64,000 bases of DNA from Sphyrna mokarran. Its lineage: Eukaryota. A program made the position numbers and the translations under genes. Positions 24,291 to 37,375 of the stretch are shown piece after piece. The stretch's first letter is position 1, and the number at the start of each line of letters is the position of its first letter. A model generated the notes under the pieces. It saw only the letters and a list, made by a program, of their open reading frames with translations. It ran no database searches and had not been told where the DNA came from. Location of the stretch: NCBI GenBank assembly GCA_024679065.1, contig JAGIQG010000011.1:69750001-69814000 (forward strand), read 5' to 3'.

Positions 24291-24956
24291 AACTCTGTCA
24301 GCATATATGGAGGTGGGGATAGGAATGGAGAGTGGCATATAACATAAAATGTGTGGCTTGCTCACCATCTTGCTATCTCCTGTATTGCATTCGGCAGGTA
24401 AGGTGCCAGCCAGCCTGCCCACTCTTAGCCATTTTGATGGCTAAAGTTTCCTGTTAAAGCCTTCTTTCTGCCTCATCTGCCATAATATATGGAGGCAACA
24501 AAAGAGAGAAGGAAAATGGTCAGGCCTTCAGTTTCTCAACTAGATGAAAAATCAGAACAAAGGTAGGATAGTGTCACTTTTGTGGGGTCCCCTTTAGGGG
24601 CAACTCCTAAAGATGTCCCCTTTCTGTCTATTCTTGGTCTCTCAAACATGACTACTACTCACTCCCAAACCTCACGAAGATACCCAGTCCTTTTTTGACA
24701 TACTCAAAAGTCAAATATCCATTATCTACTCTTCAGGGTTTCCTTGTCATTCCAGCCATGTCCATCACTACATTCTGTAGCTGCTGACCAAACTGACAGG
24801 TAGATCTCGAGGCAAATAGTTCATGACCCTGAGGAACTCAAGCCTCACTCAGGGCCCCAAAGCCATGTTATCATTGTGGAGCAGCTAGTTTTAAAGTTGT
24901 CAAGCTGCTCATTGACCATTCTACTGGGTGGGCAATAAGTTTCCACATCCACAACA

Positions 24957-25294
24957 GGGCGGCATAGTGGTTAGCACTGCTGCCTCATAGTGCCAGGGAC
25001 CAGGGTTCGATTGCCTGCTTAAGTTGCTGTCCGTGTGGAGTTTGCACATTCTCCCAGCATCTGCATGGTTTTCCTTTGGGTGTTCTGGTTTCCTCTCACA
25101 GCCCAAAGATGTGCTAGTTAGATGAATTGGCCATGTTAAATTTCCCTCAGCGTCCAAAGATGTGTAGGTTAGAGGGATTAGCCAGGTTGAATGTGTGAGG
25201 TTACGGGGAGAGGGTGCGATAGAGACCCTGACAGGGAGGTGTTTGCAGACTTGATGGCTAAATGGCCTCTTGCTGCACTGTGAGGATTCTATGA
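24957..25294 (+). mobile_element. HE1-type SINE
   Basis: gggcggcatagtggttagcactgctgcctc...gggttcgattgcc...gtggagtttgcacattctcc...aatggcctcttgctgcactgtgaggattctatga. Confidence 0.92.
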
Positions 25295-25749
25295 ACTATA
25301 AACCCCTCATCTACCTCTGCTCCCACCCTGTTTCTTTCCATCACATTGGGACATTTTGTTAAGGGCATAAACTATATATAAACACAGATTGTCTTGCTGT
25401 TGCATGCTGATGATGAAATGTGTTGCACTAATCTTACAAATCATCTTTACATCCACTCTTAAAATCAATTAATATTTCTGTCATAGCACTGAATGTCAAG
25501 TGGTGTTGTTTAACTGATGGTTAATAATATACTGCCTGTTTAGTGACAAATTTTAAAATCAGCTTCAGTACGGTTTACAGCCAAGTAGCACTCCACTTAA
25601 ATTGCTATCCAGGGAAGAAGCACTAGACATTGTGTATGCGCAAAGGTCTCTCTACCAGGCAAGTTACTTTCAGTTGTTTAGATAATATGAGTGTTCCTAC
25701 AATGTGTAAACATTGATCTAGAACTCAGTAAATAATTAATAGCATGATG

Positions 25750-26034
25750 TGAACATGGTAGCACAGTGGTTTCACAGCTCAAGCACCCAAGTTCAATTCC
25801 AGCCCAGGGTGACTGACTTGGGTGTGGAGTTTGCATGTTCTTTTCATGTTCACATGGATTTCTTCCAGGTGCTCAAGTTTCCTCCCACAATCCAAAGATG
25901 TGCAGGTTAGGTTGATTGGCCATGCCAAATTGCCCCTTAGTGTCCCAAAATGTGTAGGTTGGATGATTTAACCATGGGAAGTATGTGGGATTAGAGGGAT
26001 AAGATGAGACTCTATAATTCTAGGGATTCTATGA
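25750..26034 (+). mobile_element. HE1-type SINE with internal deletions
   Basis: catggtagcacagtggt...gttcaattcc...gttaggttgattggccatgccaaattgccccttagtgtccc...tagggattctatga. Confidence 0.88.
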
Positions 26035-26279
26035 AAAATACAGACCCTTAGTCATGTGCAAATCGACCAGCAACCTGTGGGATTCCAAATGAATTTCAAA
26101 CTAAATAGTGTGATACTTTCCCTTTGGCAAGTTCTCCTTCTCTTTGATCAAGTCAGGTCTTGATTCTAGATTGACACTTCAGGGGAGATGGGATAGGAAG
26201 AGACTTTTTAAATATTAAATCCCAATTGTCTGTCTAAATCCTGAAAGAAAAGATGTGAGGAACATTTATACTCTTATCT

Positions 26280-26870
26280 GTACTCTGCACCATTATACAA
26301 TTTGCATCACCTGCAAATTTAGACATTCTCCTCTTAACACCATCAGGATGATTCAGTATTACTGTGAGAAACAAAGGTCACAGGAGTGATCCCACTGGTA
26401 ATTCATTTTCATAGCTGTCCAATTAGAACTATTACCATTGATCTCTATCTTTTTTCCTGTTATTTATCCAATTCATTATCCAATTCCCCTTATAGCTTGT
26501 ACTTTAGCTACAAATCTCTTCTAAATTGTGAGATTAAATGTCTGCAGTCAAGACACATTGCAGCTACCACATTATTCTTGTCCACAAATTCTGTGATATC
26601 TTCAAAAAAAATGTAATTTGACATGAACGACCTTCTTACCAAAATCAAGTTGTCTTGAAATTATTGCCCTTAGCACTGCTAATTCTGCTTAAGCTTTGTT
26701 ACAGGGGATTGATATAATAGGTGTCAATTCGACAAGGACATCATTCCATTGGCTATAATTCCATGGTACCCTTTTAAAAATGGGGCTTGATGCATTTTCC
26801 AACCTTCTGATATTGTATTTACAACCCATAGAAACTTTCATATGCAGCTCTTGTTTACAAATTTCCTTGA
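26280..26870 (-). mobile_element. Old CR1 RT fragment
   Basis: The minus strand gives SKFAGDA (FADDT motif) near 26305-26325 and ENASSPIFKRVPWNY (ANVTPIFKK..GNY) near 26755-26800. Confidence 0.6.
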
Positions 26871-28198
26871 AAAAAATTAATGCGTTCTGTTGATTCATAA
26901 ATAAATAAAGAACCTGAGCAAGAAGCTCATTATTCATTGTTATGTTCATCATAAACTTGAATAGGTCTCCATGAAACTGAATACATTCCTCTTTAACTCC
27001 AGTAAGCGTTTACAATTGTGACCCGCTTTCGAAGTTTCGGTTCAAAGTCAAACTCTAACATTTATATCGGGCAGGATTTCCCACTCCTGTAAGTGGCAAA
27101 AATCATGGCACAAAGAGGCACTAAATTTTAAGTGATGGCTCTAATCAGTTTTCCACTGAAGAGAAAATAGGTTGGATTTCTTCCCTCCTGACTTCCATGG
27201 AGGATTGAGTTTCCCATAGCCCATGTTGAGAATCTCATCTCTGGTCATTAAAAAACGAGCTCGCCAGAATCACTTTTGCACTCTGAATATTATTTCCTCT
27301 CCAGTTGATTATAGTGGCTTGATTCATGGTCAGATACAAGTTACGTGCAGCCAGTGACTGGCTGCAAATTGAGATTTGTACATGCAGTGTTTGCTTACCT
27401 TACACTGCACTACCCTTGCAGTGGCTCTGAATGTGTGCTAAGCCTACTAAGGCAAGACCAGAAGGAAGGGAAGGGGTTGGAAGACAAACACTTGACTGGG
27501 TGGGAATAACTGGACACAGGCAAGGGAAGGGATGGACAAAGCCACATGACTGCAAGGGGTTAAAGGAAGGAGGAAGATAATTGTCAGGCCAGTGCACATC
27601 ATGTAGTTTGTATCAGAAACACAAGGTTGTCCTGGGAAGTGCATGTTCTGTAATGAGTGCCACAAATTGAAGGCAGTCCAGGACAGTGGGCATCATATAG
27701 TCAAGATCAGAAATTAATGACAGTCTGAGGGCAGTGAACTATAATTAGTAGTTGGGGCTGCAAAGTAAAAGCAGTCCTCTGTAGTTTGCACCATTCTACA
27801 AAGCTATGCCTGGCATGTATGTTTTGATCCAAGATTAAGGAAGGGTGGGTCTGTCTGTGCTGGATTGGTTGTGTACAGCAAGGTGTGCTGGGCATTGTCG
27901 GACCCTCAGAAATTTGGGTCCTGGGGATTACTGGCTTGGTACTGGGTGGCAGATGACACAGTCAGAGGTGGGGAAGCATCTGCAGCCTTTAAATATGGAA
28001 CTGACAAGTAAGACAAGCAGGGATGCATGCATTTAATAGGTTAATGTTGGGGCAGCGGCTGGTCCCAGTAGGTCACTGTATATAGGGCCTCAAAATGAGG
28101 ATGCATAAAGTTGGCATGGATTATGGGGACATAGGCAGAAAGCCATTCAAGGGGTAGGACAGTGATATTGACTAGAATAACACTGGGTTCCAAGTTAT

Positions 28199-29324
28199 AG
28201 TCATTGTGTCATAAGGTTTACAGCATGAAGACAGGCCTGCTGGCCCAACTTGCCATGTTGCCCTTTTTTTAAAAAACAATTAAGCTAGTCCCAATTGTCC
28301 ACATTTGGCCCATGTCCCTCTATACCCATTATATCCATGTAATTGGCTAAACGTTTTTTAAAAGATAAAATTGTACCTGCCTCTGCTACGACCTCTGGCA
28401 GCTTGTTCCACACGCTCACATCCTCTGTGAAAACATCGTCTCTCTGGGCACTTTTGCATCTCTCCCCTCTCACCTTAACCCTGTGCTCTCTAGTTTTAGA
28501 CTCTCCTGCCTTTAAGAAAGGATGTTGACTATCGAGCTGATCTATGCCCTTCATTATCTTTTAAACTTCTATTAGATCATCCATGAGCCTTATAAAAAGC
28601 CCCAGTCTACCCAGCCTCTCTTATAACTCAAACAATCAAGTCCTGGTAGCATCCTAGTAAATCTCTTCTGCATTCTTTGTAGCTTAATAATATCCTTTCT
28701 ATGATAGGGTGACTAGAACTACATAGCATTCCAATTGTGATCTTACCAATGTCTTGTACAACTTCAACAAGATATCCCAAATTCTATATTCAATGTTTTG
28801 ACCAATGAAACCAAGCATGCTGAAAGTCTTCTTCACCACTCTGTCCAATTGTGACTCCACTTTCAAGAAGCTACGAACCTGTTTTCCGAGATCCCTTTGT
28901 TCTGTAACTCTTTTCAATGCCCTACCATTAACTGAGTAAGCCCTGCCTTGGTTTAATCTTCCAAAATTGCACTTACCTAAATTAAACTCCATCTGCCATT
29001 CGTCAGCCCACTAGCCCAATCAAGATCCTGTTGCAGTCCAAGATAACATTCTTCACTGTCCCCTACACAACCAATCTTGGGTGTCATCTACAAACTTACT
29101 AACCATGCTTCCTATATTCTCATCCAAATCATTAATATAAATCTCAAACAACAGTGGACCAGCACTGATCCCTGAAACACACTGCTGATAACAGGTCTCC
29201 AATGTGAAAAACAATCCTCTACAACTACCCTCTAGCTTCTGTCATCAAGCCAATCCTGTATCCATTTAACAACCTCATCCTGGATACCGTGAGATTCAAC
29301 TTTATACAACAACCCATCATGCTG
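28199..29324 (-). mobile_element. CR1 (HER1-like) LINE, 3' ~1.1 kb
   Basis: ORF fragments QHDGLLYKVESHGI..WIQDWLDDRS, MEFNLGKC..LYKTLVRSQLECYV and VSVWNKLPEVV..SFKKRL, followed by a CR1 3' UTR. Confidence 0.93.
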
Positions 29325-30064
29325 TGAAAGGGGGAAGCAGTAAAAACTTGCATATGATGATCTTCCTGGATGGTAGGAGATACCTGAATGTGAGGATTGC
29401 AAGCTGCTCTCATAATAAACTCTAAACACCTTCATTTTGACAGTCAATGTAATAAAGCAGTTGCAAAATATGCTTGGAAAATAATTGCAAAGAGGCTGGG
29501 TCTGAGGGTTTGTGAGATGAATTTGCTGATTGAAGGACACCCTATATATTTTCTGCTTCAGCATAGGGGGAGCAAATCTCAGCTGAGACCAATTAGGAAA
29601 ACTCAAATGCCAATTGAAGGATTTGGGCAACTTACTCACAACATGAGGTGTGCATTCTTTTGAGAATCCCTTCAGGCTTGGGCTCAAATGGAGATTTGGT
29701 ACAATTACTTTATTTTTGCACAGTGGTTGTTTCATTTCTTCTCACCGCAACTGTTTTTTTTTTAAATTCAGTTTAAAGTTGTGCCAAACCTCATCTTTCT
29801 GAAATTTCCTCTTTGGCCCCAAGAGAGAGGAGAAGTGGAACTGTGGCCCTGCAAGCAAAAAGGTTGGCTTTAAATGGAATTCTTATCATCCCTGCTGAGC
29901 AGCTTAGGATCTGACAAACTGGCTTAAACAAAATTGGAACTGAGACTGAGAATGCTTTTTTTTAAGCCAGGCCAATTTCACTTGTTACTGTGCAACTACT
30001 GGGGTGGTTAGGACTTGGGGACATGTATGGGATACCATCTTGTTTCAAGGCTTTGATATTTGTA

Positions 30065-30427
30065 GGAGAGGTGATGGCCTAGTGGTATTATTGCAAGACA
30101 ATCAATCCAGAAATGCAGCTAAAAGTTCCAGAGACCTGGGTTCAAATCCTGCCATGGCAGATAATGGAATTTAGTTTAATAAAAATATCTGGAATTAACA
30201 ATCAACTGATGACCATGAAACCATTGTCAATTGTTGGGAAAACACATCTGGTTCACTAATGTCCTTTAGGGAAGGAAATCTTACCTGGTCTGGCCTATAT
30301 GAGACTTCAGACCCATAACAATATGGTTGATTCTCAATGGCCTAGCAAGCCACTCACTTGAAGTGAGTGACGGGCAATAAATGCTTGGCAGCTAGTGACC
30401 ACCATGACTTGTGACAGAATAAAAAAA
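30065..30427 (+). mobile_element. SINE family B, full length
   Basis: A-box tggcctagtggt, B-box ggttcaaatcc, and tail gggcaataaatgc...gaataaaaaaa. Confidence 0.9.
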
Positions 30428-30481
30428 TATTCACTGCTGGACGGATAAGTCTTCTTTGCTAATGGGCATAACACAGCAGGT

Positions 30482-30640
30482 GGGGAGACAATGGAGTGAT
30501 ATTGTCACTAGATCATTAATCTAGAAGCTCAGCTAATGTTCAGGAGACATGGGTTTGAATCCTGCCATGGCAGATAGTAGAATTTGAATTCATTTAAAAA
30601 AAAAATCTAGAATTAAGAATCTACTGATGACCATGAAACT
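30482..30640 (+). mobile_element. SINE family B, 5' half
   Basis: Collinear with 30065-30222 (agctaatgttcaggagacatgggtttgaatcctgccatggcagat...gatgaccatgaaac). Confidence 0.85.
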
Positions 30641-30864
30641 TAATTTTTCTTTCTTCTGATCTCAACTATTCCATAAGTTGTCTGACTGGATTTTAATCCT
30701 CACATCCCATAATATTGATGCTATTTGTTTCCAGATGTAACATGTGCAGGGGGATTTGACTCATTGATGGTACCAATTAGAACTGGAGGGAAAATCTCTC
30801 ATAACCATGTTTTGTGACACCGAAGCGCCAGTGCAGGAATCATGTTGAATGAATTCTACCTGCA

Positions 30865-31253
30865 TTTTTCAATTCATTTGTGAGACATAAGTGTCACTGG
30901 CTGACCTTTAATGATTGTCCATCCCAAGTTGCCCTTGAACCGAGTGGCTTGCTCAGCCATTTCAGAGAGCAATTAAGAGTCAACTACATTGCTGTGGCTC
31001 TGGGATCACAAGTAGGCCAAACCATATAAGGACGGCACATTTTCTTCCCTAAAAGGATGTTAGTAAACCAGATGGATTTTTCTGAGAATCAGCAATGACT
31101 TCAATGGTCATCAGTAGATTCTTAACACTAGTTTTTTTTTAATGAATTCAAATTCTAACATCTGCTGTGGCGGGATTCAAACCCGATTCTCCTGAACATT
31201 AGCTAAATTTCTGGATTAACGAAATAGCGACAATACCACTCTACCGCTTCCCC
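30865..31253 (-). mobile_element. SINE family B, full length
   Basis: Reverse complement of the 30065-30427 copy along its length. Confidence 0.9.
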
Positions 31254-31830
31254 ACCTGCTGTGTTACGTGGGGCACAAATAGCAAGTTTGGACACAGGTT
31301 TGCAGAGTTTCACTTCAGGCTGGATGGTAACAGTTGACCGGAATGTCCAGAGCTCACAGTTAGTCTGTAAATCCAGAGCTTGGGGAAGTGATGGGTGCAA
31401 TGCAAAGGTCAGGCCCAGAGTCCCATGCTTCTCGCTGCTGGTGTGGAATATCTCTTAGTCAGTGTGTTGCTGCAACAACAGCAGTAACCCTCCTGTGTGC
31501 AACTCCCTGATGATAAAAAAAATACAGACTTTACAATTCCCCATGCACAGTTTTCTCTCAAACAAGCATTTTAGGGTCTTTGAAGCTCAAAGTTTTCGGG
31601 ATCTAAAGAAAGATCAATATCCCCAATATCCTGCTGTGTTTGCCTGTTGAACATTAATTCCTTGGCTGTGATGGCTTGCGGATGTGAAAGGAAGGAGATT
31701 GCTTGGAATCCCTGCTGATAGTTTTTCATGGAGTTTACAGCACAGAAACAGGCCTTGTGGCCTACTTCCTTCAATACTGAGAATGGAAAGGAATGTGCCA
31801 CACACATTTCCATTAGGAGGGATCAAGGAT

Positions 31831-32552
31831 GGGAGTGAAATATTCTACAGCAAACCAAATTGAGTTTCACACCAACTTAAAGGCATGGTGCCATTGTTTC
31901 CACCCATGCCAGTGATGAAACAGGAATCCCAATGTTCAAAGTGGAGATCCTAATTTAATTAAGTTCACATCTGATTATCAAGCCTACAGATCTGATAATC
32001 CACCCCTTTGGAGAATCCATTTTTGTCAACAGGAGAACATGCTCATGTGAATTATGAAAGGTCTCCCAAGGTGTTTACCTGGCATGCAGGACCCACCAGA
32101 AGAGTTCAGATAAATGTATCAATCAGAAGGGTGAAGGTCATGCTCAGGCAATATCCTTGACGCTGACTAGGTAGTGCCAGGGGAGAGTGCCAATGTAGTT
32201 TCTGTGGGGATGGGATCTGTGAAGGAGGCCATTCTGCATTGTGAGTGGGGTGTTTATGTGCAGGGGTGGGTGTTCAGGGGCGTGTTGTGGGGAGGGTGGG
32301 TCTTCAGTTTTGACTTTTTTTGTAATTGAGCACCCTTTAAAAACATGCTCTGATTTTCAAAAAGTAATTTGCTGGTGAAATGGACTCAGAGCCCTCCGCA
32401 CTGCCAGTGTTATGTTGTTGGACCCATCCTTTCATTTTATTCCCACTATCAGCCAATCTGTACTGCAAGAAAGTCATCATTGACGCCAACAGCGCCAACA
32501 CTTTTTTTCCCCACCCGCTGCACCACTCTGTCAAAAAATGAGAAAGTTCCAT
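31831..32552. mobile_element. Non-autonomous DNA-transposon-like element (probably PIF/Harbinger-derived)
   Basis: Its right end (ttccccacc...caaaaaatgagaaagttcc) is shared with 38505-38545, and its internal G-rich block resembles that of 37505-38545. Confidence 0.5.
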
Positions 32553-32589
32553 CTTGATGTCATGTTCCTTGAATTTATCTACACTACAA

Positions 32590-33720
32590 TCATAGAATGG
32601 CTACAGCACAGAAGGAGGCTATTCAGCACATTCTCCTCACTTCAGTTATCTGCATCAACAGCTCTACTAGTCTCACTGCTCAACCTTTTCCTTTAGCCAA
32701 GTAAAATATTTTTCCCTCAGATAGTGATCTAGTTTCCCTTCTGAAAACCACAATTGAATCTTTTCCACTATATGTCCAGACAGTGCATTCCAGATTCAAA
32801 CCACCTGTTCCATAAAAAAGGTTATCCTCATATTGTTCCTGATTCTTTTTTTTTGTTATTTTTGTGATCTCGACTTTCATGTGAGTAGTTCTTCTCCATT
32901 TATACTCTCTAGAGGCTTCATGATTTTGAACATGTCTAACAAATCTTTCTCAACCTTCTCTTCTCCAAAGAGATCAACCCCAGCTTTGTCAACAAACAAA
33001 ACTGAAGTTTCTCATCTTTGGAACGATTCTTGTCAATTCCTTTCCAGACCATTTCTGAAAGCTTCACTTACTTTGCTTTGAGACTGAACTAGTGTTTTGT
33101 GAAGGTTCATAACTTAATTGCTTTGGTCCTCTATGCACCTATTTTTAATATCCAGAATTCAGATTATTTAGTTTATTAACTGCTTTCTCAACTTGATCTG
33201 TTGTAACCTTCAATGATTCATGCACATATTTTTGATTTGATTTATTACTGTCAGATGTATTGGTATACACTAAAAAGTATTGTTTCTTGCGCACGATAAA
33301 AAGTATACCATACACAGAGAAAGAAAGGAGAGAGTGCCAAATGTAGTGTTACATCATTGCTAGGGTGTAGAGAAAGATCAACTTAATGTAAGGTAGTCCA
33401 TTCAAAAATCTGACAGCAACAGGGAAGGAGATGTTCAAGTCTACCTGGCCTTGCTACTCTTGCATTTCCTTTATTTTATATTACCTTTGTCATGCTTCTG
33501 ACCAAAATGTATCACTTCTCTACACTAAATTTCATTTGCCACACGTCTGCACATTCCATCATCCCTTTTCAATCCTCTTGAGATCTATCACTGATCTGCT
33601 CACAGTTAATAATACTTCCAAATTTTACATCACATTCAGATTTTGAAATCGTACCCTATATATCTAAGTCTACGTTATTAAAATAAAATTTTAAAATGTT
33701 GTCTCTGTATACCAATTCCA
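32590..33720 (-). mobile_element. Old CR1 3' region interrupted by a Rex tail
   Basis: Starts with the CR1 terminus (atcatagaatggctacagcacagaaggaggctattcagc). CR1 coding remnants resume after 33440 (tacactaaatttcatttgcca = WQMKFSV on the minus strand). Confidence 0.7.
33231..33439 (-). mobile_element. Rex1/Babar LINE 3' tail
   Basis: Reverse complement of about 14565-14755 (gctagggtgtagagaaagatcaactta; tttgatttgatttatta terminus). Confidence 0.85.
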
Positions 33721-33930
33721 ATTGAAAATAAGTTTTTTTTTTCCTGTAATTCATGTTTTATTAGATTGAATTAAATAATTAAACATTTGCAAAATGAAAT
33801 TTTAGCCCCGACAAAGACTAATGATTCAGCGTATCATATGCTTTGAAATAAATTGCCTATTGGCACTAATATTTTTCATTTAAAATGAACAGTTTTACTG
33901 ACGTTTGGGGACTCAGATGATTATTGCTTT

Positions 33931-34277
33931 GGGAAGCATGGTGGCACAATCCTTAGCACTGCTATCTCACAGCGCCAGGGATCCAGGTTCAATTTTGGCC
34001 TTGAGTGACCCTGTGTGGAGTTGGCACATAATCTCCGTGTTTGTATGGGCTTTGTCCAGATACTCCAGTTTCCTTCAAAGATACTCAGGTTAGGTAGATT
34101 GGCCCATTCTAAATTGCCTTTTAGTGTTCCAGGATGTGTGTGTTAGATGAATTAACCATGGTAAATGTATGGGATTTCAGGAATACAGTGCGGGAGGGTT
34201 TGGATAATTTCTTCTGTTGAAGTCGCTGCACACCTGATGGGCCAAATGGCCTCTTCTGCACTGTAGGGATTCCATGA
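33931..34277 (+). mobile_element. HE1-type SINE, full length
   Basis: gggaagcatggtggcaca...cacagcgccagggatccaggttcaatt...gatgggccaaatggcctcttctgcactgtagggattccatga. Confidence 0.92.
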
Positions 34278-35151
34278 AAACCATTTCCAGATCTGCTGTG
34301 ATGTGATGTGTCCAGCTTATTTTCTGAGAACTTCTACATCTCAGATTTTGGTTCTGTACCCTACTCTAGTTCTCCCTGAATGAAAAATCAGCCATGATTT
34401 CAGAGCAGTGACATTTACAGTGAAATACAGTTTCCCAACATGCAGAGTGCTGTTGACTGCACATAAGTGGCCTTAAGAGCTTCCTAACAGCAACGACTAA
34501 GATGCAACAAAAGAAAAGGCTTCCACTCTTTTAATATGCATCTGATCTGTGATCACTGAAAGCAGATTAAGTAAGTTTATATGTTGTACCCTGAGAGTTG
34601 GCACAACTAATACGTTGTGAGTCACTCAAAGATGCCATGAGTCGTGAATGTCTCTCAGTACATTCTGGTTGACTCCTTGGTGACAAAGGGTCCCTACAAA
34701 AGACATTGCTAATGATGCACGTTTGTCAACCAGAGAAAAGATACAATACAGCTCATTCTGCAACATGCCCTTGCTTATGCAATCCTTTGGCATGCTAAAG
34801 ATGCATTTGAAATGTCTTTACCAATAAGGCGGCATTCACCAGTGCTCTCATCAGTGGCTGTCTTGAATCATTGTGATTTGCAGCACCCTACTCCACCTGG
34901 TTCTTCCCCTAACAGTTCTACTCTGCTTGGGCGGACTCCTCCAGCCACTTGTCCCTGAATTTAGATACTGAAGGCTTATTTCAGTCCAGAGATGTAACTC
35001 AACATGGCAAGTCATGGGCAGCAGGGTGAATGTGTGAGTGAGTGTTGCTTAAACATGGCAGCTAGAATTTTGACCTGATGAGATAATGGGAGCACAGGTG
35101 AGTCACAGACTGCCCACACCATGAGATTCAATGAACTGTTTATTAATGCAT

Positions 35152-35483
35152 AAGTACAAAGAACAAAGTACAAAGAACAAAACAGCATGGGAAACAGGCC
35201 CTTCAGCCCAACGAGCCCGCGCCACCACCCCGATGTTCCCACCTCTTCCTGTGATCCCTGTCTATGTTTATAGATCTATGGATTAAAAACCAAATTTGAG
35301 ACAATTTAGGAAGAATTTGTTTTGCCAATTAGCCTAAGCACATCGTTAGGGTATGGGAGGAAACCTGAGCACCCGGAGAAAACCTACGCAAGCACAGGGA
35401 GAATGCGCAAACTCCCACAAGCACAGGCCCAAATCCATGTATCTGCACAGCGTAGCGATAGTTACTGAGCTGTCGTGTTGCCC
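35152..35483 (-). mobile_element. V-SINE variant with a third tail type
   Basis: V-core (gggaggaaacctgagcacccggagaaaacctacgca..cacagggagaatgcgcaaactcc) joined to a tail also found at 22225-22330. It ends in a repeated unit (aagtacaaagaacaaagtacaaagaacaa on the plus strand) and retains many CpGs. Confidence 0.8.
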
Positions 35484-35753
35484 ATCAAATGGTCTGGGTC
35501 AAGCGTACACGAACAACGTGAAGTAATGAGTTGAAAAGTATAAACTTGTGTATGGCAACCTGCTCCATTGGCCAGTAAGAATCATGTGGATTTTTCTGCC
35601 CACCATAACCCCCAGAGCAGGAAATTCCACTCATTATATATCCATTTTATCCCTTTTCTTTTACTTTCCATTTACTCTTTAATATTTTGCTAGCAAGAAG
35701 CATATTCAAAAATGCTTATCTTAACATCTTTTTCAACTTCTAAAACATTTTTT

Positions 35754-36066
35754 GGGTGGTACGGTGGCATCATGATTAGCACTGCTGCTTCATGGGGCCA
35801 GGGACCCGAGTTCAATTTCAACCTTGGGTTACTGTGTGGTATTCTCCCAGAGTTTGTATGGGTTTCTTCCTGGTGTTCTGGTTTCCTCCCACACTCCAAA
35901 AATGAACGGGTTAGTTTGATTGGTCATACTAATGGCCATGAGTGTCAGGGGGATTAACAGGGTAAATATGTGGGATTATGGGGATAGGGTCCAGATGATA
36001 CTGTTATTGGTGCAGACTCAATAAGCCAAACGACCTCCTTCAGCACTGTAAAGATTTTACGATTTT
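35754..36066 (+). mobile_element. HE1-type SINE
   Basis: gggtggtacggtggca...ttagcactgctgc...gggacccgagttcaatt...ggtgcagactcaataagccaaacgacctccttcagcactgtaaagatt. Confidence 0.9.
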
Positions 36067-36667
36067 TATTCTGGTAAGTCATATTTCAATGTCCTTAATT
36101 AAAATCTCAGTTTTGTAAATAGATATTAAATACATTCCTCCTCAAAAGTAGCATTATAGTTTTTTCTGATACCATCTGTTGCTTGTGCTGAGTGTTAAAA
36201 GCATTATGGTATATTTTACTTAATTTGTTTATATTAATAAAACAGTGCAAATATAAAATAACATATTTAATACAATGAATGTTTCACCGATGATACAGAG
36301 ACTGGGGTTTGATTTTCTCACAAACATTCAACAAATCAGGATCCCAGTCATCATTTTTAAATGGTACAACAATAAATACTGTATTCACTCTATGAACTAC
36401 TTTCTGCATTCCATTAAAGGAAGATAAGGAAAACATTATCTCCAACCACAATTCAACTCGAAAATAGAATGTTTCTGTTATCCCAAATAACAATTCATTT
36501 ACTGAATCTAATTTAAGTCAACTTTTTTTTCCTTTGCACTGGTGATTCTGTTGTATTGTTATTATCAGTTGTTTCTCTTATCAGACTTCCCTGTAGGTGG
36601 ATACAGGTTTCTTTCCATTTTTTATTTTGGCAACCTTCAGAGGATTGTACTCTTCACTTGCCTGGAA

Positions 36668-37375
36668 ACATATATAGAAATAATAGCAGGAGTAGGCCAA
36701 GTCAGTCTTTCAACTCTTCTCCGCCATTCATGATGGTTATAGCTGATCATCAAATTCATTGACCTGATCCCACCTTCCCTCCATGTCCCTTGATCCCAAG
36801 AGGTATATCAACTCATTTTTGAAATCACACAATGTTTTGACCTCAGCAACTTATTGTGGTAGTGAATCCCATGGATTTGCCACTATCTGGATGAAGAAAC
36901 TTTTCCTTGTCATTATCCTCAAACAATGACCCCGAGTTCTGGCTGTTCTCCATTCGGAACATGCTTTCTAAATTTACCCTGTCTAATCATGTGAGAATTG
37001 CATAAATTTCTGAGATCCCCTCTCACTCTGGTAAACTGCAATGAATATAATCTTAACCAAACTAGTCCTGTTATCCCAGAAATTCAGCCCAATAAACTTT
37101 CACTGCACTCTTTCTAAGAAGATATTCCTCTTAAGATATGGACACCAAAACTGCACACAACACTATAGGTGTGGCTTATCAATGCCTTATACAATTGCAG
37201 GAAAACATCCCTATTCCTATACTCAAATCCTCTCTATGATGGCCAACATATCATCTGCCTTTTATATTGCCTGCTGTACCTGCACACTTTCTTTCAGCGA
37301 TTATGTCCCACAACACCAAGATCTTGCTGAATATTGCACCATTCAAATCATAATCTGCCTTCCTGTTTTTGCTAC
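36668..37375 (-). mobile_element. CR1 LINE 3' region
   Basis: Terminus atagaaataatagcaggagtaggcca; ggacaccaaaactgcacacaa reads CVQFWCP on the minus strand (CR1 YCVQFWSP motif). Confidence 0.8.

Noticed and set aside
36583-36661. Minus-strand exon candidate ASEEYNPLKVAKIKNGKKPVSTYREV*
   Set aside because: Its pyrimidine tract is supplied by the adjacent CR1 3' tail, there is no good donor, and I cannot tie the peptide to a known protein.
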